Shown: piece after piece, positions 13,198 through 25,805 of the stretch
Numbering within the stretch: the stretch's first letter is position 1
Layout of the letters: each line of letters begins with the position of its first letter
NCBI RefSeq assembly: GCF_006345805.1
Contig: NC_043010.1
Location: 6,634,001 to 6,698,000, forward strand
Direction: 5' to 3'
From: Octopus sinensis
Taxonomy: Eukaryota
Length of the DNA: 64,000 bases
Position numbers and translations under genes: made by a program
Notes under the pieces: model-generated
Told to the model about the DNA's origin: nothing
What the model saw: only the letters and a program-made list of their open reading frames with translations
The model's database searches: none

Positions 13198-13432
13198 TTA
13201 ATGTAGTTCTCAGGGAGGTTCAGTACGATACAGAATGTGACAAGGCTGGCTCTTTAAAATACAGGTACTACTCATTTTTGTCAGCTGAGTTGACTGGAGC
13301 AATGTGAAATAAAGTGTCTTGCTCAAGGACACAATTCATCACTGGGTAACAAACTCATGACCTGCTGAGCATACAGCAAATAACAAACAATCAAAGTTCC
13401 GTTTTGCTATAAGAGAATGTAACTAAACCATA

Positions 13433-13852
13433 CTCTTTATTCTTTTACTCTTTTACTTGTTTCAGTCATTTGACTGCGGCCATGCTGGAGCACCGCCTTT
13501 AATCGAGCAAATCGACCCCGGGACTTATACTTTTTGTAAGCCCAGTACTTATTCTATCGATCTCTTTTGCCGAACCATTAAGTAACGGGGACATAAACAC
13601 ACCAGCATCGGTTGTCAAGCAATGCTAGGGGGACAAACACACTCACACAAACACACACACGCATATACATATATATATATACATATATACGACAGGCTTC
13701 TTTCAGTTTCCGTCTACCAAATCCACTCACAAGGCTTTGGTCGGCCCGAGGCTATCGTAGAAGATACTTTCCCAAGGTGCCACGCAGTGGGACTGAACCC
13801 GGAACCATGTGGTTGGTTAGCAAGCTACTTACCACACAGCCACTCCTGTGCC
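13433..13852 (-). mobile_element. SINE A
   Basis: Full-length family A. Confidence 0.9.
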
Positions 13853-14479
13853 ATGTGTCTCTAGTTTTTGTAATTGTTGTGTATCATCATAAAGACATCT
13901 CAACCGTGATTATTGAGTCACTTTAGAAGTATCAGAAATTTCCCTATCTACTCTTTTTTTTTTACTCTTTTACTTGTTTCAGTCATTTGACTGCGGCCAT
14001 GCTGGAGCACCGCCTTTAATCGAGCAAATCGACCCCGGGACTTATACTTTTTGTAAGCCCAGTACTTATTCTATCGATCTCTTTTGCCGAACCATTAAGT
14101 AACGGGGACATAAACACACCAGCATCGGTTGTCAAGCAATGCTAGGGGGACAAACACACTCACACAAACACACACACGCATATACATATATATATATATA
14201 CATATATACGACAGGCTTCTTTCAGTTTCCGTCTACCAAATCCACTCACAAGGCTTTGGTCGGCCCGAGGCTATCGTAGAAGATACTTTCCCAAGGTGCC
14301 ACGCAGTGGGACTGAACCCGGAACCATGTGGTTGGTTAGCAAGCTACTTACCACACAGCCACTCCTGTGCCATGTGTCTCTAGTTTTTGTAATTGTTGTG
14401 TATCATCATAAAGACATCTCAACCGTGATTATTGAGTCACTTTAGAAGTATCAGAAATTTCCCTATCTACTCTTTTTTT
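13444..14479. repeat. Tandem duplication, units of 517 and 519 bp (SINE A plus unique flank)
   Basis: Units 13444-13960 and 13961-14479 appear identical except for one TA unit. Confidence 0.9.
13961..14371 (-). mobile_element. SINE A (duplicated copy)
   Basis: Copy of the preceding element. Confidence 0.9.
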
Positions 14480-15068
14480 TTTACTCTTTTTACTTGTTTC
14501 AGTCATTTGACTGCGGCCATGCTGGAGCACCGCCTTTAGTCGAGCAAATCGACCCCAGGACTTATTCTTTGTAAGCCTAGTACTTATTCTATCAGTCTCT
14601 TTTGTTGAACTGTTAAGTTACGGGATTGTTAATACACCAGTATCAGTTGTCAAGCAATATTGAGGGGACAAACACAGACACACAAACACACACACATATA
14701 TATACGATGGGCTTCTTTCAGTTTCTGTCTACCAAATCCACTCACAAGGCTTTGGTTGGCCCAAGGCTATAGTAGAAGACACTTGCCCAAGGTGTCATAC
14801 AGTGGGACTGAACCCGGAAACATGTGGTTGGTAAGCAAGCTACTTATTTGTTTATTTCCCACAGGCAGCTAAACATAGATAGGACAAACAAGGACAGACA
14901 AAGGGATTAAGTCGATTACATCGACTCCAGTGCATAACTGGAACTTAATTTATCGATCCCGAGAGGATGAAAGGCAAAGTCGACCTCAGCAGAATTTGAA
15001 CTCAGACGACATACCGCTAAGCAGTTCACCAGATGTGCTAACGTTTCTGCCACACAGCCACTTCTGCA
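14480..15068 (-). mobile_element. SINE A with a SINE B (14846-15050, minus) inserted in its tRNA head
   Basis: The head is split as gctactt [B] cacacagccacttctgcac. Confidence 0.8.
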
Positions 15069-15382
15069 CACACACATATATATATATATTTTTTAATGCC
15101 ATCTTTAATGTTTTAGTGTCCATGATTGCAGGTGTTGAATGAAGCTTATTGAAGCAGATATTCCACTGCCAGATGCCCTTCCTGTCACCAACACTTACCT
15201 ATTCCTAAGAAAGATAACATTTTTCCATGCCCATACATGCTTACACAGAATACTGGAAATGAATGACAACGCTTATATGACAGTGACACTCATTTACAAC
15301 TATCACGCAATATCAAGGCTATGAGACACAAGCATGCACACACACACATATATATATATACATGCATATATATATAAAAACT

Positions 15383-15421
<39 letters not shown>

Positions 15422-15589
15422 CACACACATACACACATGTACATATATGAATATTACTGTTAATAATTTACAATAATATCAGTTTTGACTGTTATCTTTA
15501 GCATGCTGATGCTACAAGTAGTACCCTTCATTATAAATACATACACACACACACACACACACACATGTACATATGTTAAATTTATATGA

Positions 15590-15750
15590 CAAACTTCTTT
15601 CACTTTCTATCTTCTAAATAGACACAGAAGGCTTTAGTTGGCCAGGGTCTACAATAGAAGATACTTGCCCAAAGTGCCACTCACTGGGACTGAACCTGAA
15701 ACCATGTGTTTGAGAAGCAAAATTCTCATCCACATAGTCACATGCGTGCC
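15590..15750 (-). mobile_element. SINE A 5' fragment
   Basis: aatagaagatacttgcccaaagtgcc...gggactgaacc. Confidence 0.7.
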
Positions 15751-15910
15751 TGTATATGGTGGTAAAACATTAAAGCAAATTTGACTGCCATTTCTAGCAA
15801 ATCTTTTTAGTACGACTGTATAGATAAAGACCACCGCATTCACTTGCATTTGTAATTTTTTAATCATGCAGAACAATTAAATACATGACAGAAATAACAT
15901 TTCCACATAC

Positions 15911-16061
15911 ATGGTAGTTCTTCATAATATCCAGTATCAGCTTCACTGCCCCCATGTCCACTGTCTGTGAAAGAAGACATCGTTGACATTTCAGAGAAAT
16001 GATCAGTTGCTGTAGCTAAATGTCCTTTTTTATTGTCTTTTCCATGACTTATTTCCGTCAC
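15911..16061 (-). CDS. Internal coding exon (151 nt, phase 0 in, phase 1 out) of a probable protocadherin-type cytoplasmic tail
   Basis: Acceptor ttttttctcccggtttcag|GTG and donor CCAT|gtatgt flank an open frame [58 protein letters not shown] resembles the DSGHGDS-type cytoplasmic motif of delta-protocadherins. Family assignment is inference. Confidence 0.75.
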
Positions 16062-16169
16062 CTGAAACCGGGAGAAAAAATTGAGAAAACCAAATAACAT
16101 CAAGAAATGTCTTTTTGTGCAAAATGTACAACAATGAAGTGCAATTTTTATTTTGTTTATTCATATATA

Positions 16170-16174
16170 CATAC

Positions 16175-16268
<94 letters not shown>

Positions 16269-16345
16269 GTATATATATATATATGTATATATATGTATAT
16301 ATATATATATATATAGCGGACGTTAAAAGATGATGATGATGATGA

Positions 16346-16400
<55 letters not shown>

Positions 16401-16454
16401 AATATATGTGCGCTAGCATGGAAAGCGGACGTTAAAAGATGATGATGATGATGA

Positions 16455-16529
<75 letters not shown>

Positions 16530-16632
16530 CATATATATAAATATATGTGCGCTAGCATGGAAAGCGGACGTTAAACGATGATATATATATGTATATATGT
16601 ATATATATATATGTATATATATATATGTATAT
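16170..16632. repeat. (TA)n/(GAT)n array containing three copies of the family E tail
   Basis: agcggacgttaaa at about 16315, 16424 and 16563. Confidence 0.85.
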
Positions 16633-16839
16633 TCTTTTTTTTTGTGTATTACCATCATGAGCACTTTTACTTGGAGGTTAACATTTGTCATTGATATAAA
16701 CAAGCACTTTATAAATAAATACTCTGTTATAATGTACGAATATATAAATATATGGGGTTTTCATTTCTATAGGGGTTTAGTTTTGCTGTGAAATTAGAGG
16801 CATAAAAGCCTTTTTGGCATCTTGAAAATTCATCTTCTT

Positions 16840-17122
16840 TCATATGCATGTATACACATATACATACGTGTGTGTATGTGTGTGTGTGTGTGTGTGTGGT
16901 GTGTGTGTGTGTGTGTGTATGTGTGTGCGAGTCAGTGTGTGTGTTTGTGTGTGTGTGTATACACGTGCATATATATACACATACACACTTATATACATAT
17001 ATATATATACACACACACACATTTATATACATATATATATTTATGGGTATGTGTATTTGTTATATTATCATTATATATTTTATGTATTTAAATGTTTGTG
17101 TGTGGATACATACATACATACA

Positions 17123-17158
<36 letters not shown>

Positions 17159-17165
17159 TATATAT
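16840..17165. repeat. (TG)/(TA)/(CATA) microsatellite
   Basis: Seen directly. Confidence 0.9.
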
Positions 17166-17622
17166 GAATATATTATTATATAGATATAATTATAATTAAG
17201 AGTACTGAGAAACAGCACCTACATGCTAGAAATAGATGTCAAAAGATTCAAAATAGCAACTTCATATTACACTCCATTAGCACAAGGCTGAAAGTAGGCA
17301 AATAAATATAATTGATTTAGTAAAATTTTGAGGTTAATTCCAGATTGTCCACTTTCTTGTTTAGTAATACAAATTACTTTACTGTCATCAGTAGAATATA
17401 CTAAAAGTACATAAATATAAATATATATACATACTCATGCAAATACATTCATATATACACAAATATAAACATATATCTACACTTATATATTAGGCAAATC
17501 CAATTATTCATCTCAACCACGTGCATCCAGAATGAAATTGTATTTGCGTAGTATATAAGTTTAGATATATGTATATATTTCTATATATATGAATGTATTT
17601 GTATGGGAATGTATGTATATAT

Positions 17623-18038
17623 TACTCTTTTTCTCTTTTACTCTTTTACTTGTTTCAGTCATTTGACTGCGGCCATGCTGGAGCACCGCCTTTAATCGAG
17701 CAACTCGACCCTGGGACTTATTCTTTTGTAAGCCCAGTACTTATTCTACCGGTCTCATTTGCTGAACCGCTAAGTAACGGGGACATAAACACACCAGCAT
17801 CGGTTGTCAAGCAATGCTAGGGGGACAAACACAGACACACAAACACACACGCGCATATATATATATACATATATACGACGGGCTTCTTTCAGTTTCTCTC
17901 TACCAAATCCACTCACAAGGCTTTGGCCGGCCCGAGGCTATAGTAGATGACACTTGCCCAAGGTGCCACACAGTGGGACTGAACTCAGAACCATGTGATT
18001 GGTAAACAAGCTACTTACCACACAGCCACTCCTACGCG
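17623..18038 (-). mobile_element. SINE A
   Basis: Full-length family A. Confidence 0.9.
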
Positions 18039-18063
18039 TATATATATATACCATATATACTCA

Positions 18064-19150
18064 ACTGTAAAACACCCTTGCCTATATGATGCACCTCCAA
18101 CTAACAAGGTTCAGATCGGAAATTTTATCATTGACCTGGCTATAAATCACAGTGGTGTTTTTGATGTTGGAGAGCAAGGTTCAATTAGGAATCATACCAA
18201 CATAGTTGTTGTTTTTTCTCTTCATGTTAACAAATAACATGGTATCGAATTAAAACAACAGCCGGGGTAAGTTTTGTACTGTCAGCCATACAAGACCAAA
18301 TTGCAGAGAAGTGGGCCTTGTTACTCCCTGTAGTTTTTTTTACTGAAATTGTGTTTTTTTCCTTTAACATTGACTGTTTGTGTTCCAACCATATCGAAAA
18401 AAGGGATGTCTCATCCATATTACTGATTGCTTCCAAGGCAAACTCAGGGCTTTTTTGTAGATCTATTACATACCAATGGAAGGAATCAACTTTGCTCTCT
18501 ACATCAGTGGGTAATTTCTGTGTGATATGAGTACTCTGTCTCAGATTGTGGTGCTTCATAAACCTTGTACATCAGCCAGGGGATGCTTTAAAGTCAGATA
18601 TACCAGGTTCTTTAGTCACTTGGAGAGCCCACGATCAAATGATGTTTCTTGTGACAAGTCCATTTTTGAGTAGTTCAGTCACCCACTTTCTCAAAATAGT
18701 CACCACTGGGACTAATTCCTATCCTAATTTTCTTTAACATTTTAATGTCAATGGATTTAATTTTCTCCTCTTTCACACACCAATCCCAGACCATTTTTCC
18801 TGAGACACCAAGTTGTCTTTCTGCAGCTCGATTCAAATATTACTTTGCATATTCAATAACTTTCACCTTGAAAGTGATATCATACAAATTCCTCTTTCTC
18901 TTCATGTTAACAAATAACATGGTATTGAATTAAAGAAAGACAGGTATGGTGCAAAAACAAACAAGAATTAAACTCACTTTTAAAAAATTAATTGTTTATT
19001 TCATACTAACTGAAGTAAAGAAATATATAAAGAAATATCCAAAGATTGTCTTCTGTGTATTTTTCAGCTGCGGAATTAGCAATTTAGGTTTTTCCGGCTA
19101 TTCAAAGTGTCAGAACTTCAGACATGGCTTGTATCTAGAAGATATCTGAA
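18064..19150 (-). mobile_element. Decayed pogo-family DNA transposon (HTH domains plus truncated DDE)
   Basis: MKRKRNLYDITFKVKVIEYAK*YLNRAAERQLGVSGKMVWDW...FMKHHNLRQSTHITQKLPTDVESKVDSFHWYVIDL...ISNMDET...TTGSNKAHFSAIWSCMADSTKLTP; several stops and frameshifts; TIR-like ends. Confidence 0.85.
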
Positions 19151-19199
19151 GATTTTTTATAGGATGCGCTTATAAGTTGAACCCCCAACTTTAGATACC

Positions 19200-19241
19200 A
19201 GGTATACATGGTATATATATATATGAACAATATTCCCTCGT

Positions 19242-19309
<68 letters not shown>

Positions 19310-19333
19310 TCATACATATATATGTATATATAT

Positions 19334-19364
<31 letters not shown>

Positions 19365-19530
19365 GTATATATATATATATATATATTCATACATATATAT
19401 GTATATATATTATATATATAAATATATATATATATTGTGTATATGAATATATACACATATATATTATATTATATAGATCATATATATGTATGCATGTATG
19501 TATGTATGTATGTATGTACGTACGTATGTA
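19200..19530. repeat. (TA)n/(TATG)n microsatellite
   Basis: Seen directly. Confidence 0.9.
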
Positions 19531-20344
19531 TATTAGTCAGAAGGAAGGGCAGCATCCTTGACCTTTTTTTTTTTGCAGATCCTCCAATTCTAGTGGGAAG
19601 AAGAGAAGAAATTATCCTCAGACAAGATATCTGGCATGAATGCTTAAGACAGAGTGGACTCTCCTAGAGACCCCTAAAGGCCTGGTCAAATCAGGCAACA
19701 GCTTAAGCTTCCTCATGAATAAAAAAAAATCTACCATTTTTATTGACATCAAACAGTTCATAAGGATTCACTCACATTTCTTTCCCAAACTGCTAATGAT
19801 ATTAGCTGAAGGCAACATATTAAAAATGTAAACAAATATGTGCTTCAGCACAAACTCATTTGTATAATGGTACAAGGTTGCAGGCCAGACAATAATTACT
19901 AGTTGTCTGCAGAACAAACAGTTCTCATTCAGTTGTTCTTTGCTTGTTATGTTAGCCGTAACAGCTGGTGTTCTTAGATATGAAGAATTGTTTCTAGAAA
20001 ATTATATATTCTGATCTGATATTCAGATTTGACAAAAACAATTTTGCTTGTTATGAAAGATCAAACAGAAAATTAGATTTTAATATTTGAAGGTAGAATT
20101 CCTGTTGGAATTTGTAATCAAAACCAAATCATCAACTCCAACAGTTCTAAATCTACTGCTACTCCATAGTGTAGCTGAATGGTTGACAAGTTTATTTCAT
20201 GATCACGAGATTCTGGGGTTAATTCCACAGCATGATATCTTTGGGCATATGTCTTTTTTCAAAGACTCAAGTTGATATCCAAGCATTGTGAATGAAACTA
20301 GGTGGGAGGAAGCTGTTTAAAAGCTTATCAGAAAAATTATATCA

Positions 20345-20575
20345 GTAAGGTGGTGAACTGGCAGAAACGTCAGCACACCGGGCGAAATGCTTACCGGTAT
20401 TTCGTCTGCCGCTACGTTCTGAGTTCAAATTCTGCCGAGGTCAACTTTGCCTTTCATCCTTTCGGGGTTGATTAAATAAGTACCAGTTATGCACTGGGGT
20501 CGATATAATCGACTTAATCCATTTGTCTGTCCTTGTTTGACCCCTCTGTGTTTCGCCCCTTGTGGTCAATAAAGT
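20345..20575 (+). mobile_element. SINE B
   Basis: Full-length family B. Confidence 0.9.
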
Positions 20576-20704
20576 AGTAAGAAGAATTATATCAGGGATT
20601 TAAAAGTCCAGCCTAGCTACATCGCAGTAATTTCCCCCCAAGAATTATGCTGAATACTCGTGTCTGTAGAATACTAAACCACTTACATGCTAATTCAATA
20701 AAGA

Positions 20705-21180
20705 GTTATATTTTTTTTCCATTAACGTTGACTGTCTGAGTTCCAACCATATCGAAAAAACAGGATGTCTCATCCATATTACTGATTGCTTCCAAGCAGG
20801 GTTTGATTAGGAATCATGACAACACAGTTGTTGTTCTTTCTCTTCATGTTAACAAATAACATGGTATCAAATTAAAACAACAGCCGGGGTAAGTTTTGTA
20901 CTGTCAGCCATACAAGACCAAATTGCAGAGAAGTGGGCCTTGTTGCTCCCTGTAGTTTTTACTGAAATTGTGTTTTTTCCCTTTAACATTGACTGTCTGA
21001 GTTCCAACCATATTGGAAAAAAGGGATGTCTCATCAATATTACCGATTGCTTCCAAGGCAAACTCAGGGCTCTTTTGTAGATCTATTACATACCAATGGA
21101 AGGAATCAACTTTGCTCTCTACATCAGTGGGTAATTTCTGTGCAATATGAGTACTCTGTTGACTGAGTAACTGCATAAAC
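20705..21180 (-). mobile_element. Second, rearranged copy of the pogo DDE fragment
   Basis: 20801-21160 closely matches 18181-18545; 20715-20797 repeats 20980-21060. Confidence 0.85.
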
Positions 21181-21200
21181 ATCATCAAAACTTGTGGGTA

Positions 21201-21606
21201 TCTCTTTTACTTGTTTCAGTCATTTGACTGCGGCCATGCTGGAGCACCGCCTTTAGTCGAACAAATCGACCCCAAGACTTATTCTTTGTAAGCCCAGTAC
21301 TTATTCTATCAGTCTCTTTTGCCGAACCGCTAAGTGACGGGGGCGTAAACACACCAGCATTGGTTGTCAAGCAATGCCAGAGGGACAAACACAGACACAC
21401 AAACATATACACACACATACATATATATATATATACATATATATGACAGGCTTCTTTCAGTTTCCATCTACCAAATCCACTCACAAGGCTTTGGTCGGCC
21501 CGAGGCTATAGCAGAAGACACTTGCCCAAGATGCCACGCAGTGGGACTGAACCCGGAACCATGTGGTTGGTTAGCAAGCTACTTACCACACAGCCACTCC
21601 TGTGCC
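21201..21606 (-). mobile_element. SINE A
   Basis: Full-length family A. Confidence 0.9.
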
Positions 21607-21714
21607 TATTTATTTATTTATTTAATTTTTTTTTTCTCCACTCTTTTCTCTTACCTTAACCCACATCTCTTAGCACAAAATGGCTTGTCCACTTTAAGTC
21701 TCATAGTCTGGTGA

Positions 21715-21931
21715 GCTGCATGGCAACTGCACTAGTGCTGGTGACATGAAAAAAAAGCCACTAGTACACACTGTGGATGGCATTAGAAAGGGCATCCAGC
21801 CATAGAAAGCATGTGAAGACAGACACTGGAGCACTCCTTGTCTCCTTGGACTCCTTTGACCCAACGGGTCCTTTCAAATCACCCAACCCATGCCAGCATG
21901 GAACAAAGATGTTCAGTGATGATGATGATGA

Positions 21932-21966
<35 letters not shown>

Positions 21967-21973
21967 CGATGGC

Positions 21974-22031
<58 letters not shown>

Positions 22032-22040
22032 GTGATAATG
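21715..22040 (+). mobile_element. Family E repeat with expanded (GAT)n tail
   Basis: ccaacccatgccagcatggaac followed by a long GAT run. Confidence 0.75.
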
Positions 22041-22390
22041 ATGACAGTTGAGAATGGTAAGGGATTTGGTATCTGAATCAGCAGAATTGGTGCAAGAAGT
22101 GTGTTGAAGTCAAAAAGAGATATCTCTGAGGGTATTGAGTTCATAGAAAGCAGAGCTAGGGTAGACGTATTTAGTGTAGAATGAAAAATTGTTACACAAC
22201 TGTTTTTTTGCCGTAAGATTTTGGTAAGCAATTTGAGGCAGGAGATAAACCTTGCAGAATATGAAAAAGAAACTTTCAAGCAAAGTCACGCTTGCTAATG
22301 TTCAGTTGAAGGATGTGAATGGTTAAGAGAATGTACAGTCCAGACACATCCTCAGAAAAGAAGAGGAAATATGCAGTATATATATCATAT

Positions 22391-22693
22391 GTGGAGGCAC
22401 AATGGCCCAGTGGTTAGGGCAGCGGACTCACGGTCGTAGGATCGCGGTTTCAATTCCCAGACCGGGCGTTGTGTGTGTTTATTGAGCGAGAACACCTAAA
22501 AGCTCCACGAGGCTCCGGCAGGGGGTGGTGATCCCTGCTGTACTCTTTCACCACTCTTTCTCTCACTCTTTTTTCTGTTGGCCTGCTCGCTTAGCCAGCG
22601 GGGTGGCGTCATTCGAAGGTTAAAACAATGCGAATGCATTGCGACCAGCGAAGTGTAGCAACATCTGATGGTCTGGTCGGTCACGTGATCACA
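22391..22693 (+). mobile_element. SINE C (tail type 1)
   Basis: tRNA-Arg-like head; tail ...gaccagcgaagtgtagcaacatctgat. Confidence 0.9.
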
Positions 22694-23649
22694 TAGCATA
22701 TACATGTAATATACAGATCAAGGAAGACTTAGAGTTATGGTGTGCATGATATGTGCCTCAGAATAAAATACGTTATGTGATTTGCAAGCAACCAGACAGA
22801 GTAGTGCCCTGCATTGAGGTTGAAGCAAAATTCATTGATTCAAAAGTGTAAGAATTGTCCAGCAACTTTTTTTGTCATTCTTCCTAGAATTCTCAGAAAT
22901 GGTTCTTGTTATTATTTAGCCCCAGGTCAACCTCAGTGGAGCAGAACAATAGACACACATGTTCAAACCATGACTACCTCATGTTTTTCAGGCACAAATT
23001 AACTGGCGCTACATTCTTTCATTTCATATAATGTATGATTTCCTTTCTTTAATATGGTAAGGTGGGATTTTTGAGGGAGATTTGGCTGTTTTTGTAGCAG
23101 ATCCAAGGATGGTTTACTGATTTCCTTGTTGGTTTGATGTTTGTGAGATATTATGAATGTTTCTTAGAGAAATTGAAAAGGAAATCAAGTCTCATAATCA
23201 GCTTCACTGGACACTGATTCACTTCCTATATCAATCAAATGAAGTTAGTAACCTTGGATGGTTTACTTGATATTCTGTGCTCACTGGAAAGGAACACTAA
23301 TCATGAATTATGAAGAGGAAAATGTGAAATTTGAACCCTTTTGATAAGTCTTTTTCTCAAGAATTTTCAACAGATTCATGTTCCCTTACTATCATGGAAA
23401 CTTTTCCAATAGGTTTTCTCTGAATTTCTATGGATCCAGGGCAGGTAAAAGACTAGGAAGCACTATGTGAAAAACCTATGTTATCTTCGACAAGGTACCT
23501 TATGAATTCCTTGCAACAAATTAAACAACACGGGCAGTAGATTTACAGAGTTAATAGCACAGCAGAAAATGCTTTTGCAATATTGCTCTGGTTCTTTGGG
23601 TACTGAGTTCAAATCCATCAGAAGTTAACTTTGCTTTTAAGCTTATTAC

Positions 23650-23830
23650 AGCATTTATTCTTTAATGTCTATTTTTCTATGCTTGCATGGGTCAGATGGA
23701 ATCTATTGAGACAGATTTCCTTGGCTGGATGCTTTTCTTGTTGCCAACCCATACCCATTTCCAGGCAAGGTAATATTTCTCCATGGCTAGACATGTTTCT
23801 CATGGAAGACTGGAAAGGAACAGCATAATT
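23650..23830 (-). mobile_element. Family E-related, degenerate
   Basis: tttctatgcttgcatgggtc...ggctggatgc. Confidence 0.55.
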
Positions 23831-23859
23831 TATATGAGTTATACTTGTTTTTTACCATC

Positions 23860-23992
23860 ATGTGCATCTATCAAATCTACTCACAAGGCTTTGGTTGGTC
23901 TGGGCCTATAGCAGAAAGCAATTGTCAAAAATGCCACATAGTGGGATTGAATCCAAGATCGCACGGTTAGAAAGCAAACTTCTTAACCACAT
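23860..23992 (-). mobile_element. SINE A 5' fragment, degenerate
   Basis: aaatctactcacaaggctttgg. Confidence 0.65.
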
Positions 23993-24961
23993 GGATAAAC
24001 TAAAGTACTGGTCAAGTTTAATGCATTAGTAGGATTGTTTGTACATCAGGTAAGATATCTCGTGATACTTGTTATAGCTCTTTGATTTCTGAGTTCTTGG
24101 GTGATGAACTTAAACAATTCATCACCCAGTTTATAACTCTCATTTGGTTCCTGGGTACTTTAGCAAAGTTCCACTTTGTTGCAAGCATTCAATTCAAGTT
24201 CAAACAAGATGAGGACAAATATCCGTCAAATGTAAATAATATGAATAATGTAAATAAAGCTTTTATAGTTTTACTTTTTGTCAGCTCTTTTACAATCAAA
24301 TAAACTACAAGAATCACATGATGAAGTGTGAACTAATATATTTAATTAGAGAACACTGTCCCACAACCATTATTTTAATTAGTTAATTAATTAATTAATA
24401 TTACACTCATAGTCCAGAGAAACGATAATAAAATTTAATGATTAAATCTGATTGAGAACAAGGATGATAGCACCAAAATCTAAATTATGAAATAGAAATT
24501 AAGCACTATATTGAAATAGACCCCTCCCATACACACATGTGCATATGTGTACACACTCACACACAGATGCACACGTGCACACACAAACATGAGCACACAT
24601 ATTCTATTTGTTTGTGTCTATGTTTATTGTTTACGCTAGCTAGCTGAAGTTGTGTTTTTGTGTTTATGTGCCCTAACTGAACAGTTTGATAAATAGATGT
24701 CACCAAAATAAGTATTAGACAAAAATATGAACTAGAATCAATATTGTTGACTGGAATCTGTGAAGGTGGTGCTTGGCCACAGTCTAATGACTAAATCCAG
24801 TGAAAGAGAGTAATATAGTATCACTTGAAAACAGAGAAAACTGTGGTGCTTCAGAACGTGATGTACGAGAGAGTATTAAAGAGCAGACAAATAAATGTCA
24901 TCTATGCTTATACAAATATTTGCAAACACAATGTGAGTGTTTTTTCATGTGTATATGTATA

Positions 24962-25335
24962 TTCTTTTACTCTTTTACTTGTTTCAGTCATTTGACTGCG
25001 GCCATGCTGGAGCACTGCCTTTAATCGAGCAACTCGACCCCGGGACTTATTCTTTTGTAAGCCCAGTACTTATTCTATCGGTCTCTTTTGCCGAACGCCA
25101 AGTGACGGGGACATAAACACACCAGCATCGGTTGTCAAGCAATGCTAGGGGAACAAACACAGACACACATACGACGGGCTTCTCTCAAGTTTCCGTCTAC
25201 CGAATCTACTGACAAGGCTTTGGTCAGCCCAAGGCTATAGTAGATGACACTTGCCCAAGATCCCACGTAGTGGGACTGAACCCGGAACCATGTGGTTGGT
25301 AAAGAAGCTACTTACCACACAGCCACTCCTGCGCA
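24962..25335 (-). mobile_element. SINE A
   Basis: Full-length family A. Confidence 0.9.
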
Positions 25336-25524
25336 CAGATATAAATATATTTGTGCATGTAAATAACTATACGTAAATATATATGTAGAGATATCTAAAT
25401 CCTAAATGTGCATTGCATACATACACAAATGTATTTACACAAATGTATATTGATAAGGTGGGACATTTGAAGAACTATTTCTTTCAGTGTTGAATGTAAT
25501 GTCTAGTTTTCATTAGTTATCATC

Positions 25525-25805
25525 ATCATGATCATCATCATCGTTTAACGTCCGTTCTCCATGCTAGCATGGGTTGGACGGTTCGACCGGGGATCTGGGA
25601 AGCCAGAAGGCTGCACCAGGCTCCGGTCTTATCTGGCAAAGTTTCTACAGCTGGATGCCCTTCCTAACACCAACCACTCCGTGAGTGTAGTGGGTGCTTT
25701 TTACGTGCCACCTGCACTGGTGCCAGGTGAGGCTGGCATCGGCCATGGTCGGATTGGTGCATTTTACATGCCACCTGCACGGAGGCCAGTCGAGGCGGCA
25801 CTGAC
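25525..25805 (-). mobile_element. Family E repeat with internal tandem units
   Basis: catcatcgtttaacgtccg...ttttacgtgccacc. Confidence 0.85.

Larger units (their letters stand above)
12655..13370 (-). mobile_element. Old family D SINE interrupted by a MITE and a SINE B
   Basis: gtacccttaa...tgtagttctc halves match the intact D copy at 35891-36191. Confidence 0.7.

Noticed and set aside
13612-14383. Recurrent ORFs such as MSSNARGTNT... and ...RLPNPLTRLWSARGYSRRHLPKVP
   Set aside because: They are antisense translations of SINE A and recur at every copy.
19578-19667. Plus-strand acceptor ttttttttttgcag with a short ORF
   Set aside because: It is isolated, with no partner exon or donor, and is expected by chance.
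22391-22465. Apparent tRNA-Arg gene (also at 1402, 27231, 33442 and 39058)
   Set aside because: These are SINE heads: the acceptor stem is incomplete and the sequence runs into SINE bodies, with a TSD in one case.
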